Assembly: GCA_964422295.1 (NCBI GenBank)
Contig: CAYRAM010000002.1
Coordinates: 24,052 to 88,051, forward strand
Direction of reading: 5' to 3'
Source of the DNA: an uncultured Planctomycetia bacterium
GTDB lineage: Bacteria; Planctomycetota; UBA8108; UBA1146
Length of the DNA stretch: 64,000 nucleotides
Part shown: piece by piece, positions 10,298 through 20,500 of the stretch
How positions within the stretch are numbered: the first letter of the stretch is position 1
Layout: the number at the start of each line of letters is the position of its first letter
Program-made: the position numbers and the translations under genes
Notes under the pieces: model-generated
What the model was told of the DNA's origin: nothing
Database searches by the model: none
The model's input: only the letters and a program-made list of their open reading frames with translations

Positions 10298-10779
10298 CAG
10301 GGACCTTCTTTCTAAAATCTATCCGACTCAATGAGCACAAACCTCGGGGTTTCCCGTGGGTCGGCCATTGGCCAAACTTCATCGATCTTCCAACATTCTC
10401 AGGTTGACTCAGGTGGATGAGAAGCCCGGGGCTCAAGAGAACACCCGATCCGCAGCCTCATTCCCCATTCCCCAAGTACGAAAGGTACCCCGGACAACCG
10501 GAGACAGTAATCCAGAATACGGGATGAGACGCACTTTGGCCAGTATCGATTTTTGACCCCAGGAAGCCTGAAACCTCGAAATTCGTCTTTTTTGCCCGCT
10601 TGCCTGGGTCCTGGTATCGGATATCTTCTGATGATTGCTGGCTATTTTGCCGATCTTGGGGCCTGAACAGGTCCAGGAAGAGAGTTCCCGTCGAGGAAAG
10701 CCCAATCGTCAGGATGCGCCAGGCAAATCCTCTGGGACCGATTTTGACCACCATTTTCCATGGACAAAGGGGCCATTGA

Positions 10780-12105
10780 ATGAGCAGTCTGAGTGGATTT
10801 ACTGCAATATTGAGATCCTTGGTTTTTGCTTTGCTGTTTTGTGGTGGGGCAACCGGGATCAGTTTTGCTGAAGAGAGCCCTGTGGCCACCGCTACCTGGG
10901 AAGTGCGTGAGGTCAAAGGCGATGATGAGTCCCTTTACCAGATCACCATTTACCAAGTGGATTCCCCGGGGGGCACCCGCTGGATCTGGAGAGCGGTCGA
11001 TGAGGAGAATGGTACCTACCCGGGTGGTTTCCCCATCGGATCTCTGCGATTGGCGAAGCGTGGCAAACCGAGGCCGGAACTCTTCGACCCCCTCTCTCCG
11101 GGTGTGACCCAGGCGCTGATCGCAATCCATGCAGCGGTCGAGGCCCAGGCCGGAGAAGGGTGGGCGGATGGAAATGCGGTCGGGATTCGTCGCAATCTGC
11201 CGGTGATCCGAACCGATGTTGCCGCAGAGTCCGGCTTCATTCTCAAGGGCAGCCTGAGTGTCGAGGAAGTGGAAATTCGGGGGGGCAAGAAACCTCTCAA
11301 ATTGACTTCGCTCGAAGAGGAACTCCGTTACGACGAGAAGGGGGGGCTGACCGAAGCTCATTGGTCTGCTCGCATGACTCGTGGTGGTGAAAAGTCACCG
11401 GGACGCGAGCTCCACCTGGTTCGCAAGGCCGTTGCCCTTCTTGAGGAAGAAGAGGGTGTAGAGGTTCAGAGGGGTTTCGAATTTCTCAAGCCGGTGGTGT
11501 CTGTGCTGCGGAGAGGGATGTCGCTGAAGGCCGTCGAATTGGCGGAAGAGATGTTCAAAAAGCAGCGCAAGGAGTTTGAAAAGGGTCCACTGGGTGACGT
11601 CGTCAAGGATGTCGATGTGTTGCTCAAAGAAATCCGCGAGCTTGCAGCGCAACCGCTCAATCCCGATGAACGTGCCAAGAATCTCCTCGGCAAACCTGCT
11701 CCCGATTTCACTCTCGAAGATCTGGATGGGGAAGAGATCAATCTTTCAGATTATCTGGGCAAGACGGTTCTGGTTGCCTTTTGGGGCTACTCGTGAGGGA
11801 TCTGTCGTGCGGAGTCTCCGCACCTCAGCAAGATTCAGAAGGAGTATCGCAATCAGGGTGTCGTCGTTCTGGCAATAAATGCCGACAATGATGGGCGTTC
11901 AAGGATCCGAGAATACGTCGAGGAAGAGGGTCTCCAACAGAAAATGCTTCTGCAGGGGGACGGTGTTGGGTTTCAGCAGTATCATATTAAACGGATGCCC
12001 ACGGTCTATTTTGTCGATCGAAAGGGGATTCTGGTTTCAAGAAGTCCCGGATTTCAGGACTTTTCCGAGCTTGAGAAATCTCTGAAAAGTACTTTGCGAA
12101 GGTGA
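10780..12105 (+). CDS. Selenocysteine-containing TlpA/ResA-like thiol:disulfide oxidoreductase (U-G-I-C active site) with a large N-terminal secreted domain. The TGA at 11794-11796 is read as Sec.
   Basis: ORF 10780..11796 ends '...APDFTLEDLDGEEINLSDYLGKTVLVAFWGYS' followed by TGA. Reading on in the same frame gives 'GICRAESPHLSKIQKEYRNQGVVVLAINADNDGRSRIREYVEEEGLQQKMLLQGDGVGFQQYHIKRMPTVYFVDRKGILV...' up to a TGA at 12103-12105. This aligns with the TlpA consensus '[37 protein letters not shown]', with the TGA exactly at the first Cys. There is a signal peptide at the N-terminus. Confidence 0.7.
11807..11823 (+). promoter_or_regulatory. Candidate bacterial SECIS hairpin 10 nt downstream of the in-frame UGA.
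   Basis: gugcgg-AGUCU-ccgcac: a 6-bp GC-rich stem with a 5-nt loop containing GU. It begins 10 nt after UGA 11794-11796, which matches the spacing of bacterial SECIS elements. Confidence 0.45.
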
Positions 12106-12141
12106 GGCTTATCTGGTGCCAATTTCATCGTCTCGATGGAA

Positions 12142-12250
12142 GCCGAGAGGCCGAGAAGCCGAGAGGCCGAGAAGACGATGGAAGACGGATGGGAGACCGA
12201 AGTAGGTTTCTGGTGCACCATGCCGCATTGCAAACATGCCGCATCGCAAA
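12142..12250. repeat. Two short tandem direct-repeat blocks in the leader of the dockerin-protein gene.
   Basis: (gccgagag/gccgagaa)x4 lies at 12142-12173. Two adjacent 16-mers, catgccgcattgcaaa and catgccgcatcgcaaa, lie at 12219-12250, ending about 27 bp before the ATG at 12278. Confidence 0.5.
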
Positions 12251-12277
12251 GATGTAACAAATAGGGAGAGAGATCCC

Positions 12278-13387
12278 ATGACTATGTTTCGCTATAGTTT
12301 GATTTTGGTCTTTTTGCTGTGTCCAGGAGTTCATGTCTTCGGTCAGGGCACCTGTGATATCACTTATTTTCTGACCGTCTCCGAATCGGATGACCTTCTG
12401 AGAACAGTGGCAGCATCTTCGATGACGGTCGAAGAGACGGTTTCACTGTCGATTCCCGGTGCTTTTGAACTGGACGAAGTCAGAGGATTGGCGATCGACC
12501 CGGTATCGGGGCTGTACTACATGCTGGGAATCGGAACTTTGCCGCCGAATCCGCCTGCGACAGTTCCGATCCTGTTCTACTACGATCCCGTAGGCCTCTT
12601 TACCAATCCGGTCGGATCCACCCTGCTCGATTTCAATGACATCGCCTTTTTGCCCAGTGGAGAGATTCGTGCTATCACCAATGTTCTGTCCAATTCAGAA
12701 GTCAATTATTGTGACCTCAATCTGTTGACCGGTGGTCCCACTGATCTGTGTCAATTTCCCAACGGCGATTGTGGTGAGTCGATCGCCATCAGTGGGGCGG
12801 GCCAGTTGTTCCGTGGTACGGGAGGTTGTGCCTTTGGTGCCCGTTTGCAGATTCCGGATCCCACTGGAGCGGTCGCTTGTGATCTGGACACCACAAACAT
12901 CGATCAAGTACTGATCGATGAGCCGGTCAGAACGATCACTTGGTGGGAACAGGAACAAGGATTTGTATGGGTCATGGGAGACGCCAACAATTCCATCTAC
13001 TTCCTCGAACTCGATGGCACGGCCACATTGCTCGGAACTGCGGATCATTCGATCAACGGACTTGCGATCATTACCATCCAGGGGCCGTGTCCACCGGCGG
13101 ATGACATCTTTATCCGCGGTGATTGCAATCTCGACCTCGGCGTCAATGTCGCAGATGCGGTGTTCCTCCTCTCAAATCTCTTTGTTCCCCAATCACCACC
13201 CCTCGGTTGCCGCGATGCGGGAGATGCCAACGATGATGGAGGAGTCAACGTTGCCGATGCGGTATTCCTCTTGTCGAGCCTCTTCGTCCCTAATTCCGCT
13301 CCCGTGCCCTTCCCCAACATCACGGATGGTTGTGGTGAAGATCCGACCACCGATGGACTGGATTGCCAGACCACCGGCTGCCCCTGA
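12278..13387 (+). CDS. Secreted protein with a C-terminal dockerin-like module.
   Basis: The start was moved to the ATG at 12278 (GGGAGAG RBS). Signal peptide 'MTMFRYSLILVFLLCPGVHVFGQ'. The C-terminus 'IFIRGDCNLDLGVNVADAVFLLSNLF...DAGDANDDGGVNVADAVFLLSSLFVP...PFPNITDGCGEDPTTDGLDCQTTGCP' contains twin Ca-loop repeats. Confidence 0.6.
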   Translation: MTMFRYSLILVFLLCPGVHVFGQGTCDITYFLTVSESDDLLRTVAASSMTVEETVSLSIPGAFELDEVRGLAIDPVSGLYYMLGIGTLPPNPPATVPILFYYDPVGLFTNPVGSTLLDFNDIAFLPSGEIRAITNVLSNSEVNYCDLNLLTGGPTDLCQFPNGDCGESIAISGAGQLFRGTGGCAFGARLQIPDPTGAVACDLDTTNIDQVLIDEPVRTITWWEQEQGFVWVMGDANNSIYFLELDGTATLLGTADHSINGLAIITIQGPCPPADDIFIRGDCNLDLGVNVADAVFLLSNLFVPQSPPLGCRDAGDANDDGGVNVADAVFLLSSLFVPNSAPVPFPNITDGCGEDPTTDGLDCQTTGCP

Positions 13388-13504
13388 CCGATTGCACCCG
13401 ATCCGCCCCCTCCTTTTCGAGGAGGCGGATCGGGTGTGAGATCCTCCCTCTTCTGATACCATTTTTCACGGGTTGCTCGCAGGGAGAACCCAGTGAGGAA
13501 TGCC

Positions 13505-16500
13505 ATGTCGACATCCGATGAATCCCAAAATCACGGATTTGAATTTCCAGAGCCGGTGAGTGCTCCCGATTTTCCACAAATAGAGGCGGAAGTGCGTCGG
13601 TATTGGGATGAGCATTCGATCTATCAACAATCTCTGAAGTTGCGGGCGGGCGCGGAGAAGTATGTCTTCTTTGAAGGACCTCCTACGGCAAATGGGATGC
13701 CCCATCCGGGTCACGCATTGACCCGTGCGATGAAGGATCTGTTCCCCAGATATCAAACGATGCGGGGGCGTTTTTGCGAGCGCAAAGCGGGGTGGGACAC
13801 CCATGGATTGCCGGTCGAAATTGAAGTCTGCAAAGAGATGGGCATCCATTCCAAGGATGAGATTGAAGAGTACGGCATCGAGCCCTTCGTCAGACGGTGC
13901 CAAAAATCGGTTTTCCGATACGTGCAGGAATGGGAATCGATGACCCGGAACATTGGCTTTTGGGTCGATCTTGAAGATCCCTATGCGACTTACCACAAAT
14001 CATATGTGGAGAGTGTCTGGTGGGCGCTGAAGCGGCTGTTTGATGCGGGCCTGCTCTACCAGGGAGAGAAGATTGTCTGGTGGTGGGCACAAGGTGGGAC
14101 CGGCCTCTCTGCAGGGGAGGTGGGAGAAGGCTATCGCCAGGTGGATGACCCCAGTGTTTTCATAAAGTTGCCGGTCATCGACGATGCCGGACAGTCTACC
14201 GATGAATCTTTCGTTGCTTGGACGACGACACCATGGACCTTGCCCTCCAATCAATTTCTCGCCGTTCATCCGGAGGTGAAGTACTCACGATTACGAGATC
14301 AGGAATCCGGAGAAGTCCTGATCATCGCGAAGGATTTGGTGGAGTCCCTTTCGGCCAAATGGAAGGTGGAGTTTGAGGAGTTGGGGGAGGTCCCCGGTGT
14401 CGAACTGGTCGGTCGAAGATACCGACCACCCTTTGATGGGTTCTACAGCCAATACGGAGAAGTTTCCGCTGAATTGCAATCCGGTGGAACGGAACCGATT
14501 CTCTGGCGTGTCGTCGCTGCGGATTTTGTGACCACCGACAGTGGTACAGGAATCGTGCACCAGGCACCTGCATTTGGAGAAATCGATCACGATGTCCTGC
14601 TGTCAGAGAGGGCCCGATTCTCTGACAAGGGGGCGGTCCCTCTGTTGTGCGCCGTGGAACCCAATGGCTCCTTCAATGAGGCTGCGGGTTCCAGTTACAC
14701 CGACCGCTGGGTCAAGGACTGCGACAAGGAGATCACCCGGGAGTTGAAAGAGAAGGGATTGTTGGTTCATCAGGAGATGTACCGTCACGATTATCCCTAT
14801 TGTCCGAGGGCTCCCAAAGATGCCCTGATTCAGTACCCGCGTCATTCCTGGTTTATCCGGACGACGGAATTCGTCGATGACATGCTGGCAAACAACAGGG
14901 AAATCACTTGGTTACCAGAGCACATTCGTGATGGTCGTTTCGGCAAATATCTGGAATCGAATGTCGACTGGACCCTCTCAAGAGAGAGATTCTGGGGGAC
15001 TCCATTGCCGATCTGGGTTTGCCAGGAATCGGGTCAAATGGAGGCGATCGAGAGTTTCGATGAGCTGATGGGCAAGCCCGGAGTCTCGGGTCAGGAAGAA
15101 TTTGAGAAGGCCCGTGAAGCGGATCCCGATCTGGATGAGAACCTGAAAGTCCATCGACCATACATCGATGAGGTGACCTACGATTCACCCTTTGCAGATG
15201 GAGCTCGCATGCAGCGGGTTCAGGATGTGATCGACTGCTGGTTTGATGCGGGTTGCATGCCATTTGCCCAATGGGGATTCCCCCATCAAGGGACCGACAG
15301 ATTCGAAGCACAGTTTCCGGCGGATTTCATCAGTGAGGCGATCGATCAAACCAGAGGCTGGTTCTACGCCCTCCTTTCCATCTCGACGATTCTCTTTGGT
15401 CCGAAGGGAGCTGCCAGGGGTGACGATCGCGTATCTGAAGACTCGTTCAAGAATTGGCCGCTACCCTTCAAAACTTGCGTCGTTCTCGGGCATCTTCTCG
15501 GCGAGGACGGCGCCAAGATGTCAAAGTCCCTCAAAAATTACAAAACTCCTGAATACATCTTCGAAAATGAAGGTGCCGATGCCATGCGCTGGCTCTTTTA
15601 TGCAGGACAGGCTCCGTGGACCAGCCTGCGTTTTCAGGAACAAGCGATCACAGAAGGTCAAAGAGAGTTCCTCTTGAGACTGTGGAATGTGTACTCCTTT
15701 TTTTCCATCTACGCGCGGATCGATGGTTGGGTACCGAGTGGCGACCTGACCGCTGAGCCGGGAGAAGATTTGGAACTCTCAGATCTCGATCGTTGGGTTC
15801 TCGCCGAACTCAACTCGACCATCGGAAAGGTACGCATTGCTCTCGATGCCCACGATAACTTGACTGCCGCCACCGCGCTCAACGCATTTGTCGATGGGTT
15901 GTCCAATTGGTATGTCCGAAGAGGAAGAGATCGCTATTGGAGTTCGGGTATGAACAGCGACAAGGATGCTGCCCAAGCGACCCTCTACCATTGTCTCGTC
16001 ACCACCAGTTTGCTGGCCGCTCCCTTTGTTCCTTTTGTTACTGAACATTTGTATGGCGCATTGGTTCGATCTCGGGGAACCGAGTGGCCGCAATCGGTGC
16101 ACCTGTGTGATTACCCGCAGGTCAATGAACGATTCCACGATGAAGATCTTTGCCAGAGGATGGCGTTGATTCGCGAAATCGCTTCATTGGGACGTGCTTG
16201 TCGATCGCGTGAAAAGTTGCGTGTACGTCAACCGCTGCCTGCGGTGCGAATTGTCCTCGCTGATCCTGCATGGGCGCCCGCACTGGAGAAGGATGCGGAT
16301 CTGATCGCTGAAGAGTTGAATGTAAAGAGCGTCGAGTTTGTGCAAGACGCTTCGGAATACGTCTCCTATGAAGTGAAGCCGAATTTCAAGGCGATCGGTC
16401 CCCGATTCGGGGGCGCTGCACGCCACATCGCCGCTGCGCTGGCTTCTCACTCAGAGCCCGCTGCGATCGTGGAAGCCGCCAATTCGGGAGAAACGGTGGC

Positions 16501-16900
16501 GTTGACCATCGAAGGTGATCAGACGATCCATTTGGAAGCGTCGGATCTGGATATTCGCATTCACCAAAAAGAGGGCTGGAGCGCAGCGGAAGCCAAAGGA
16601 GTGGTCGTCGTCTTGTCGACGGAGATATCCCCACAACTCCATCGGGAGGGGCTGGTCAGGGAAGTGACGAGCCATGTTCAGGGAATCCGCAGGGAATTGG
16701 ATCTTTCATACGTCCAGAGAATTCGCTTATCTGTGGAGACAGTGGGGGAGTTGGCTCAAGCGGTGGAGGAGCATTCCAATCACCTGAAATCAGAGACCCT
16801 CGCAGAAGAGTTGGTTCTTCATGGAGAGAGTACCGGCGAGGTCAGAGAGTTTGAAATCGAGGGTTGCTCCGTGAAAATTGGCGTTGAACCCATCTCGTGA
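13505..16900 (+). CDS. ileS: Isoleucyl-tRNA synthetase of the type 2 (long, eukaryote-like) form.
   Basis: HIGH-class motif 'PTANGMPHPGHALTRAMKD' and KMSKS motif 'KMSKSLKNY'. It is about 1130 aa with editing-domain-like regions. The ATG at 13505 is preceded by GAGGAA. Confidence 0.93.
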   Translation: MSTSDESQNHGFEFPEPVSAPDFPQIEAEVRRYWDEHSIYQQSLKLRAGAEKYVFFEGPPTANGMPHPGHALTRAMKDLFPRYQTMRGRFCERKAGWDTHGLPVEIEVCKEMGIHSKDEIEEYGIEPFVRRCQKSVFRYVQEWESMTRNIGFWVDLEDPYATYHKSYVESVWWALKRLFDAGLLYQGEKIVWWWAQGGTGLSAGEVGEGYRQVDDPSVFIKLPVIDDAGQSTDESFVAWTTTPWTLPSNQFLAVHPEVKYSRLRDQESGEVLIIAKDLVESLSAKWKVEFEELGEVPGVELVGRRYRPPFDGFYSQYGEVSAELQSGGTEPILWRVVAADFVTTDSGTGIVHQAPAFGEIDHDVLLSERARFSDKGAVPLLCAVEPNGSFNEAAGSSYTDRWVKDCDKEITRELKEKGLLVHQEMYRHDYPYCPRAPKDALIQYPRHSWFIRTTEFVDDMLANNREITWLPEHIRDGRFGKYLESNVDWTLSRERFWGTPLPIWVCQESGQMEAIESFDELMGKPGVSGQEEFEKAREADPDLDENLKVHRPYIDEVTYDSPFADGARMQRVQDVIDCWFDAGCMPFAQWGFPHQGTDRFEAQFPADFISEAIDQTRGWFYALLSISTILFGPKGAARGDDRVSEDSFKNWPLPFKTCVVLGHLLGEDGAKMSKSLKNYKTPEYIFENEGADAMRWLFYAGQAPWTSLRFQEQAITEGQREFLLRLWNVYSFFSIYARIDGWVPSGDLTAEPGEDLELSDLDRWVLAELNSTIGKVRIALDAHDNLTAATALNAFVDGLSNWYVRRGRDRYWSSGMNSDKDAAQATLYHCLVTTSLLAAPFVPFVTEHLYGALVRSRGTEWPQSVHLCDYPQVNERFHDEDLCQRMALIREIASLGRACRSREKLRVRQPLPAVRIVLADPAWAPALEKDADLIAEELNVKSVEFVQDASEYVSYEVKPNFKAIGPRFGGAARHIAAALASHSEPAAIVEAANSGETVALTIEGDQTIHLEASDLDIRIHQKEGWSAAEAKGVVVVLSTEISPQLHREGLVREVTSHVQGIRRELDLSYVQRIRLSVETVGELAQAVEEHSNHLKSETLAEELVLHGESTGEVREFEIEGCSVKIGVEPIS

Positions 16901-16978
16901 CTGGGTCTGTAAACTTCAATAACGATCGGACTTGACTGCGGGGACAGGGACAAGCAGCAAACACGGAAGGAGAGAATC

Positions 16979-17563
16979 GTGGAGTGGTTTTCCAGCTTTG
17001 ATACTGCGTGTGAGTCTGCCCAGGAGGATTTGCGTCCTGTCCTTGTAATTTTGGAGGCGCCTGGCTGACTGGGGTGTAAAAGACTGGATGCCGTGACGTA
17101 TCCAGACCCTGAATTTCAAAAGGCAACTGCGGCGCTGGTCGCACCGATGCGCATCAATGTCACCGAAAGACACCCGGATTTCAGTGCTGTGGCAACGATG
17201 ACAAAAATACCCTACTCCCCCCGGATTCGTTTCTTCAGCAGCGATGGCAAGAGATTGCTTCGTGAGTGGACGGGCTGGTTGCCCACCAGCGAGTTTATTT
17301 CAGAAATGCACATTGCCCGTGCAATTGACCAACATGAACGCAAGGATCCGCTCGCTGCAGTGCAGGAATTTGGCATGGCATTGTCTGTCGCACCTGAAGG
17401 CCCCGCAGTAGCAGAGATTCTCTACCGCAGGGGAATGGCTTCATTCCTCGGAAACAAATTTGACATGGAGTTGCTGCGCAACGACTGGACCGCGGTCGTT
17501 GAAAACCACCCCGGAACACGCTGGGCTCTCTACGCCTCCGTCATCGAAGACGTGGATCGATAA
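16979..17563 (+). CDS. Selenocysteine-containing thioredoxin-like protein of the Thioredoxin_7 / DUF255-like family with a U-L-G-C active site. The TGA at 17066-17068 is read as Sec.
   Basis: A GTG at 16979 is preceded by GGAAGGAGAG and gives 'VEWFSSFDTACESAQEDLRPVLVILEAPG', then TGA. Reading on in the same frame gives 'LGCKRLDAVTYPDPEFQKATAALVAPMRINVTE...' (the same frame as the annotated ORF 17093..17563). It aligns residue-for-residue with the paralog at 36301-37308, which reads '...AKTEGKDIMINFTGSDWCSWCKKLDSEVFSKPGFDES...', with Sec in place of the first Cys. Confidence 0.6.
17084..17105 (+). promoter_or_regulatory. Candidate SECIS hairpin 15 nt downstream of UGA 17066.
   Basis: cuggaugc-CGUGAC-guauccag: an 8-bp stem including one G-U pair, with a 6-nt loop that contains GU. 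Confidence 0.35.
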
Positions 17564-17578
17564 CTTTCGACACCATCC

Positions 17579-20500
17579 TCAGAGACAATCGGGGAGATCT
17601 TCCTGGCACTCCAAATTGTCATCGGTGGGATCTTCTCCGCAATTGAAGGGGCCGGGATCAGGTGGTGGGGATTGTCCCATGAACAGATATCCCAGCAGAT
17701 TGATTCCGTCGGATAGATCCAGGGTTCCGTCGTCGTTGTAGTCACAGGCATCGAAGCATGCCGGTGGCTGCCCACCACCGAATTGGTAACCGAGGAGGAA
17801 CAAGACATCGCCCAGGTCCACCTGACCATCCTCGTTGCAAAGGCCCCTTTTGAATTGGGGTGCATCGGGAGGGGGTGGGGGGGCCTGAATGATTGCTCCG
17901 AGGATGGGGAATGGAGATGCCGCTTGGCTCTCCATGAAAACTTCCGCTGCGACCGGAGCGACATCGGCGACGAAACCGAAGTTGTACATCCACCCCCAGC
18001 GAAGGGGATTCGCCACCGATCCAGAATTCTCATCCCAAGTTTGCCAACGCAAGCCTGTGGCTGTTTGCTGAAACTCCCATGGTGTGTCTGAATAGAAGGG
18101 GGATCGAGTCAAAGGCGCATGAAAGATGGGGGAAGTAATCTCAACTCCTGGATCGAGGGGAATCTCGAATGCTCCGATGGCTGCACCAAAGTTGAGATTG
18201 TAGAGGGCATATTCATACTGCCAGGTTCCATTTCCCAAGTCGGTGACCTTTGAAGCGAGGTACAGATGGCCATCTCCGATGCCCGGCGGTGAAACAGTGA
18301 CGACTTGTGCGCCTGGCCAGGCATCCTGAACCGGAGAATTGACCGCTTCCGCAGTCATGTCGATGTTCCAGGTGCCGCCGGGAGAGCCGCTGATGGAGAC
18401 CGGTTCCCAGGCATGATTGGTGAAGGGATCGACATCCGCCGGTTGGATGACGTAGACCTCTGCCAACAATTGGGATCCGGGGTTTTGTTGCGGATCCAGA
18501 TCCGCATCTTCGACACTGAGGCGCTCCTCGATGGCATTCCATGGACCCGTATCCTGGGAGATGTAAGAGCCTTCCCAGGTAAATGAACCGGTCCAAGGTT
18601 CGATCTCTGATCGGGGACCCATATTGATCTGCGCAGCATTGCCAGAGGCACCGTAGGTGTCGGAACACCCGATCCCTGTCTCCTGATTGGTGGGACTGGG
18701 TTGACAGCCGAATCCGCAAGCGTCCGCCTGTGCAGAACTCCAGCCATGCTTCGCCCACGATCCGCCGATCTGAATGATCCTGTCGTCGTCCACACGGAAC
18801 ATATTGAAGATCATCATCGGATGACGGGGGTCTGGATTGGCATACCAGTGCAAGGGATCGGTACCACCGTTGCAGATCACCGACTCCATTCCAAAACTGG
18901 CGATGGACCCCTCCCTGGCGACTTGCACAACATTGTTGGCATTGCCGATGATCAAATCCTGACCGGATGCGGGGGTCGAAGTGGTATCAAAGAATCTGAG
19001 ACATGCGAGTTCCACTTCTCCGACCTGGCCGGCAACTTCATCGGAGATACGCAAGATCCACGTTCCGATTTGCAATGGGCCGGTGAAGGCATAGAGATTG
19101 CCACTGGAGGGTATCCAGTAACCGCCGTCGTCAAAAATTTGCCCTGGAGCAGATCCACTCATCCACCAAGTCAGATTCAATCCCGATCCCGCGGCATTTT
19201 GCGGCATGTTGTGGAGGACTTGAGTGGCACCGTTGGGTGCGGACAGTTCGACGATGAGTTGACTGGCATCCGGATGGGAGGTTTGCAGTTGCAATTGCAC
19301 ATCCAGAACACTCTGTGCCGGATCTCCGGAAACAAGGAGGGGGATCTCCAGCGGTTCTCCGGCATCCGGAATGCTGATGCTTGAAGGAGTTGCACAACTT
19401 TCGACCGTAATGGGGCCGAGCACCGCAGTGGACAAGCACTGGGCATAGCCGGTCTGTCCGCTGAAGAGGGGGGTCACACAAACTTCGATCGTCCCCGGAT
19501 TGGCTGCGGTGGGCATCGTCTCCGAGACGATATCGCCGGGGAAGAAGGGCCCGGAGACAGTGGTTTCGGAACCGGGCGCAGAGAAGGTCAAAGCGTCGCA
19601 CTCTCCCGAAAGTTCAGCGGTGACTTCCACCTCCCAAGAGCCCGGCACGGAGGTCGCGCTGATGGTGGAGATCACATCAGGTTCATACTCGAGCAAGAGA
19701 TCACCGGAGCCGAAGTCGTTGCCGCCCCAACCTCCGATTCGGAAGTGCAGAACTTCTCCCTCGAGGACGGAGAGATCCTCGATCCTGGAATTGTAGGAAG
19801 GCATTCCGTTCCCCTGAAGGGTGCAGTTGGACTCGTCCCCGCTGCAGGCACGCTGGCTCAAGTCATCACACTCTCCACTGTAGACGACCATATCCGTATC
19901 AAAGTCGACGATTTCACAAGTCTTCAGCGAAATGAAACCGGCCCCGGGACTGACCCAGCGGAACCAGACATCCGCGACCATTTGGCCGAGGGCATTGCAG
20001 CCGGTAATCGAAGAGTAAGGCTCTGGACTGGTGGTGGCACCGGTGGTGGACAACCGATTGAGTCCGAGGACTGCGCTGCGGGCGTCGAGACATTCATCAT
20101 GGTCGATGCCGGGAGGTGGAGGTGGAGGAGGTGGTGAGATGCTGACCTCAAAGGTGCCGCCTCCCAAATCTTGATCTCCCCAGCCACCGATGCGGATCAA
20201 CAGGGTTTCACCGACGACGACGGGGATGTCGACCAAAACTGTATTCCAAGAATTGGTGGTTCCCTGAACAAGGCAGGAGGGCGAATCACCATGGCAGGCG
20301 ATGGGGGTGAGATTGCCACAAGAACCGGAGTAAACGATGACGTCGGTATCAAAATTGACGGTGTCGCAGGTGGTGAGGGTCATCAGTCCTGTTTCGGGGA
20401 CAACCAGGGAGAACCACACGTCGAAGTAGGCTCCGCCCAAAAAGGTGCCGGGGCAAGTGTCTACCGGGATCGGATCTGTGCCTGTGGTCGCCTGGGTGGT

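Noticed and set aside
10298-10779. 480-bp intergenic region searched for tRNA or ncRNA. It also contains a partial match to the palindrome ('ttggccaaac').
   Set aside because: No cloverleaf-compatible sequence or T-loop (GTTCGAATC-like) was found. Only a half-site is present, which is insufficient to call a feature.
17093-17563. ORF 17093..17563 as an independent gene starting at GTG.
   Set aside because: It has no RBS and lacks the family's N-terminal active site. The upstream in-frame segment with a strong RBS and a TGA at the CxxC position explains it better as the C-terminal part of a Sec-containing protein.
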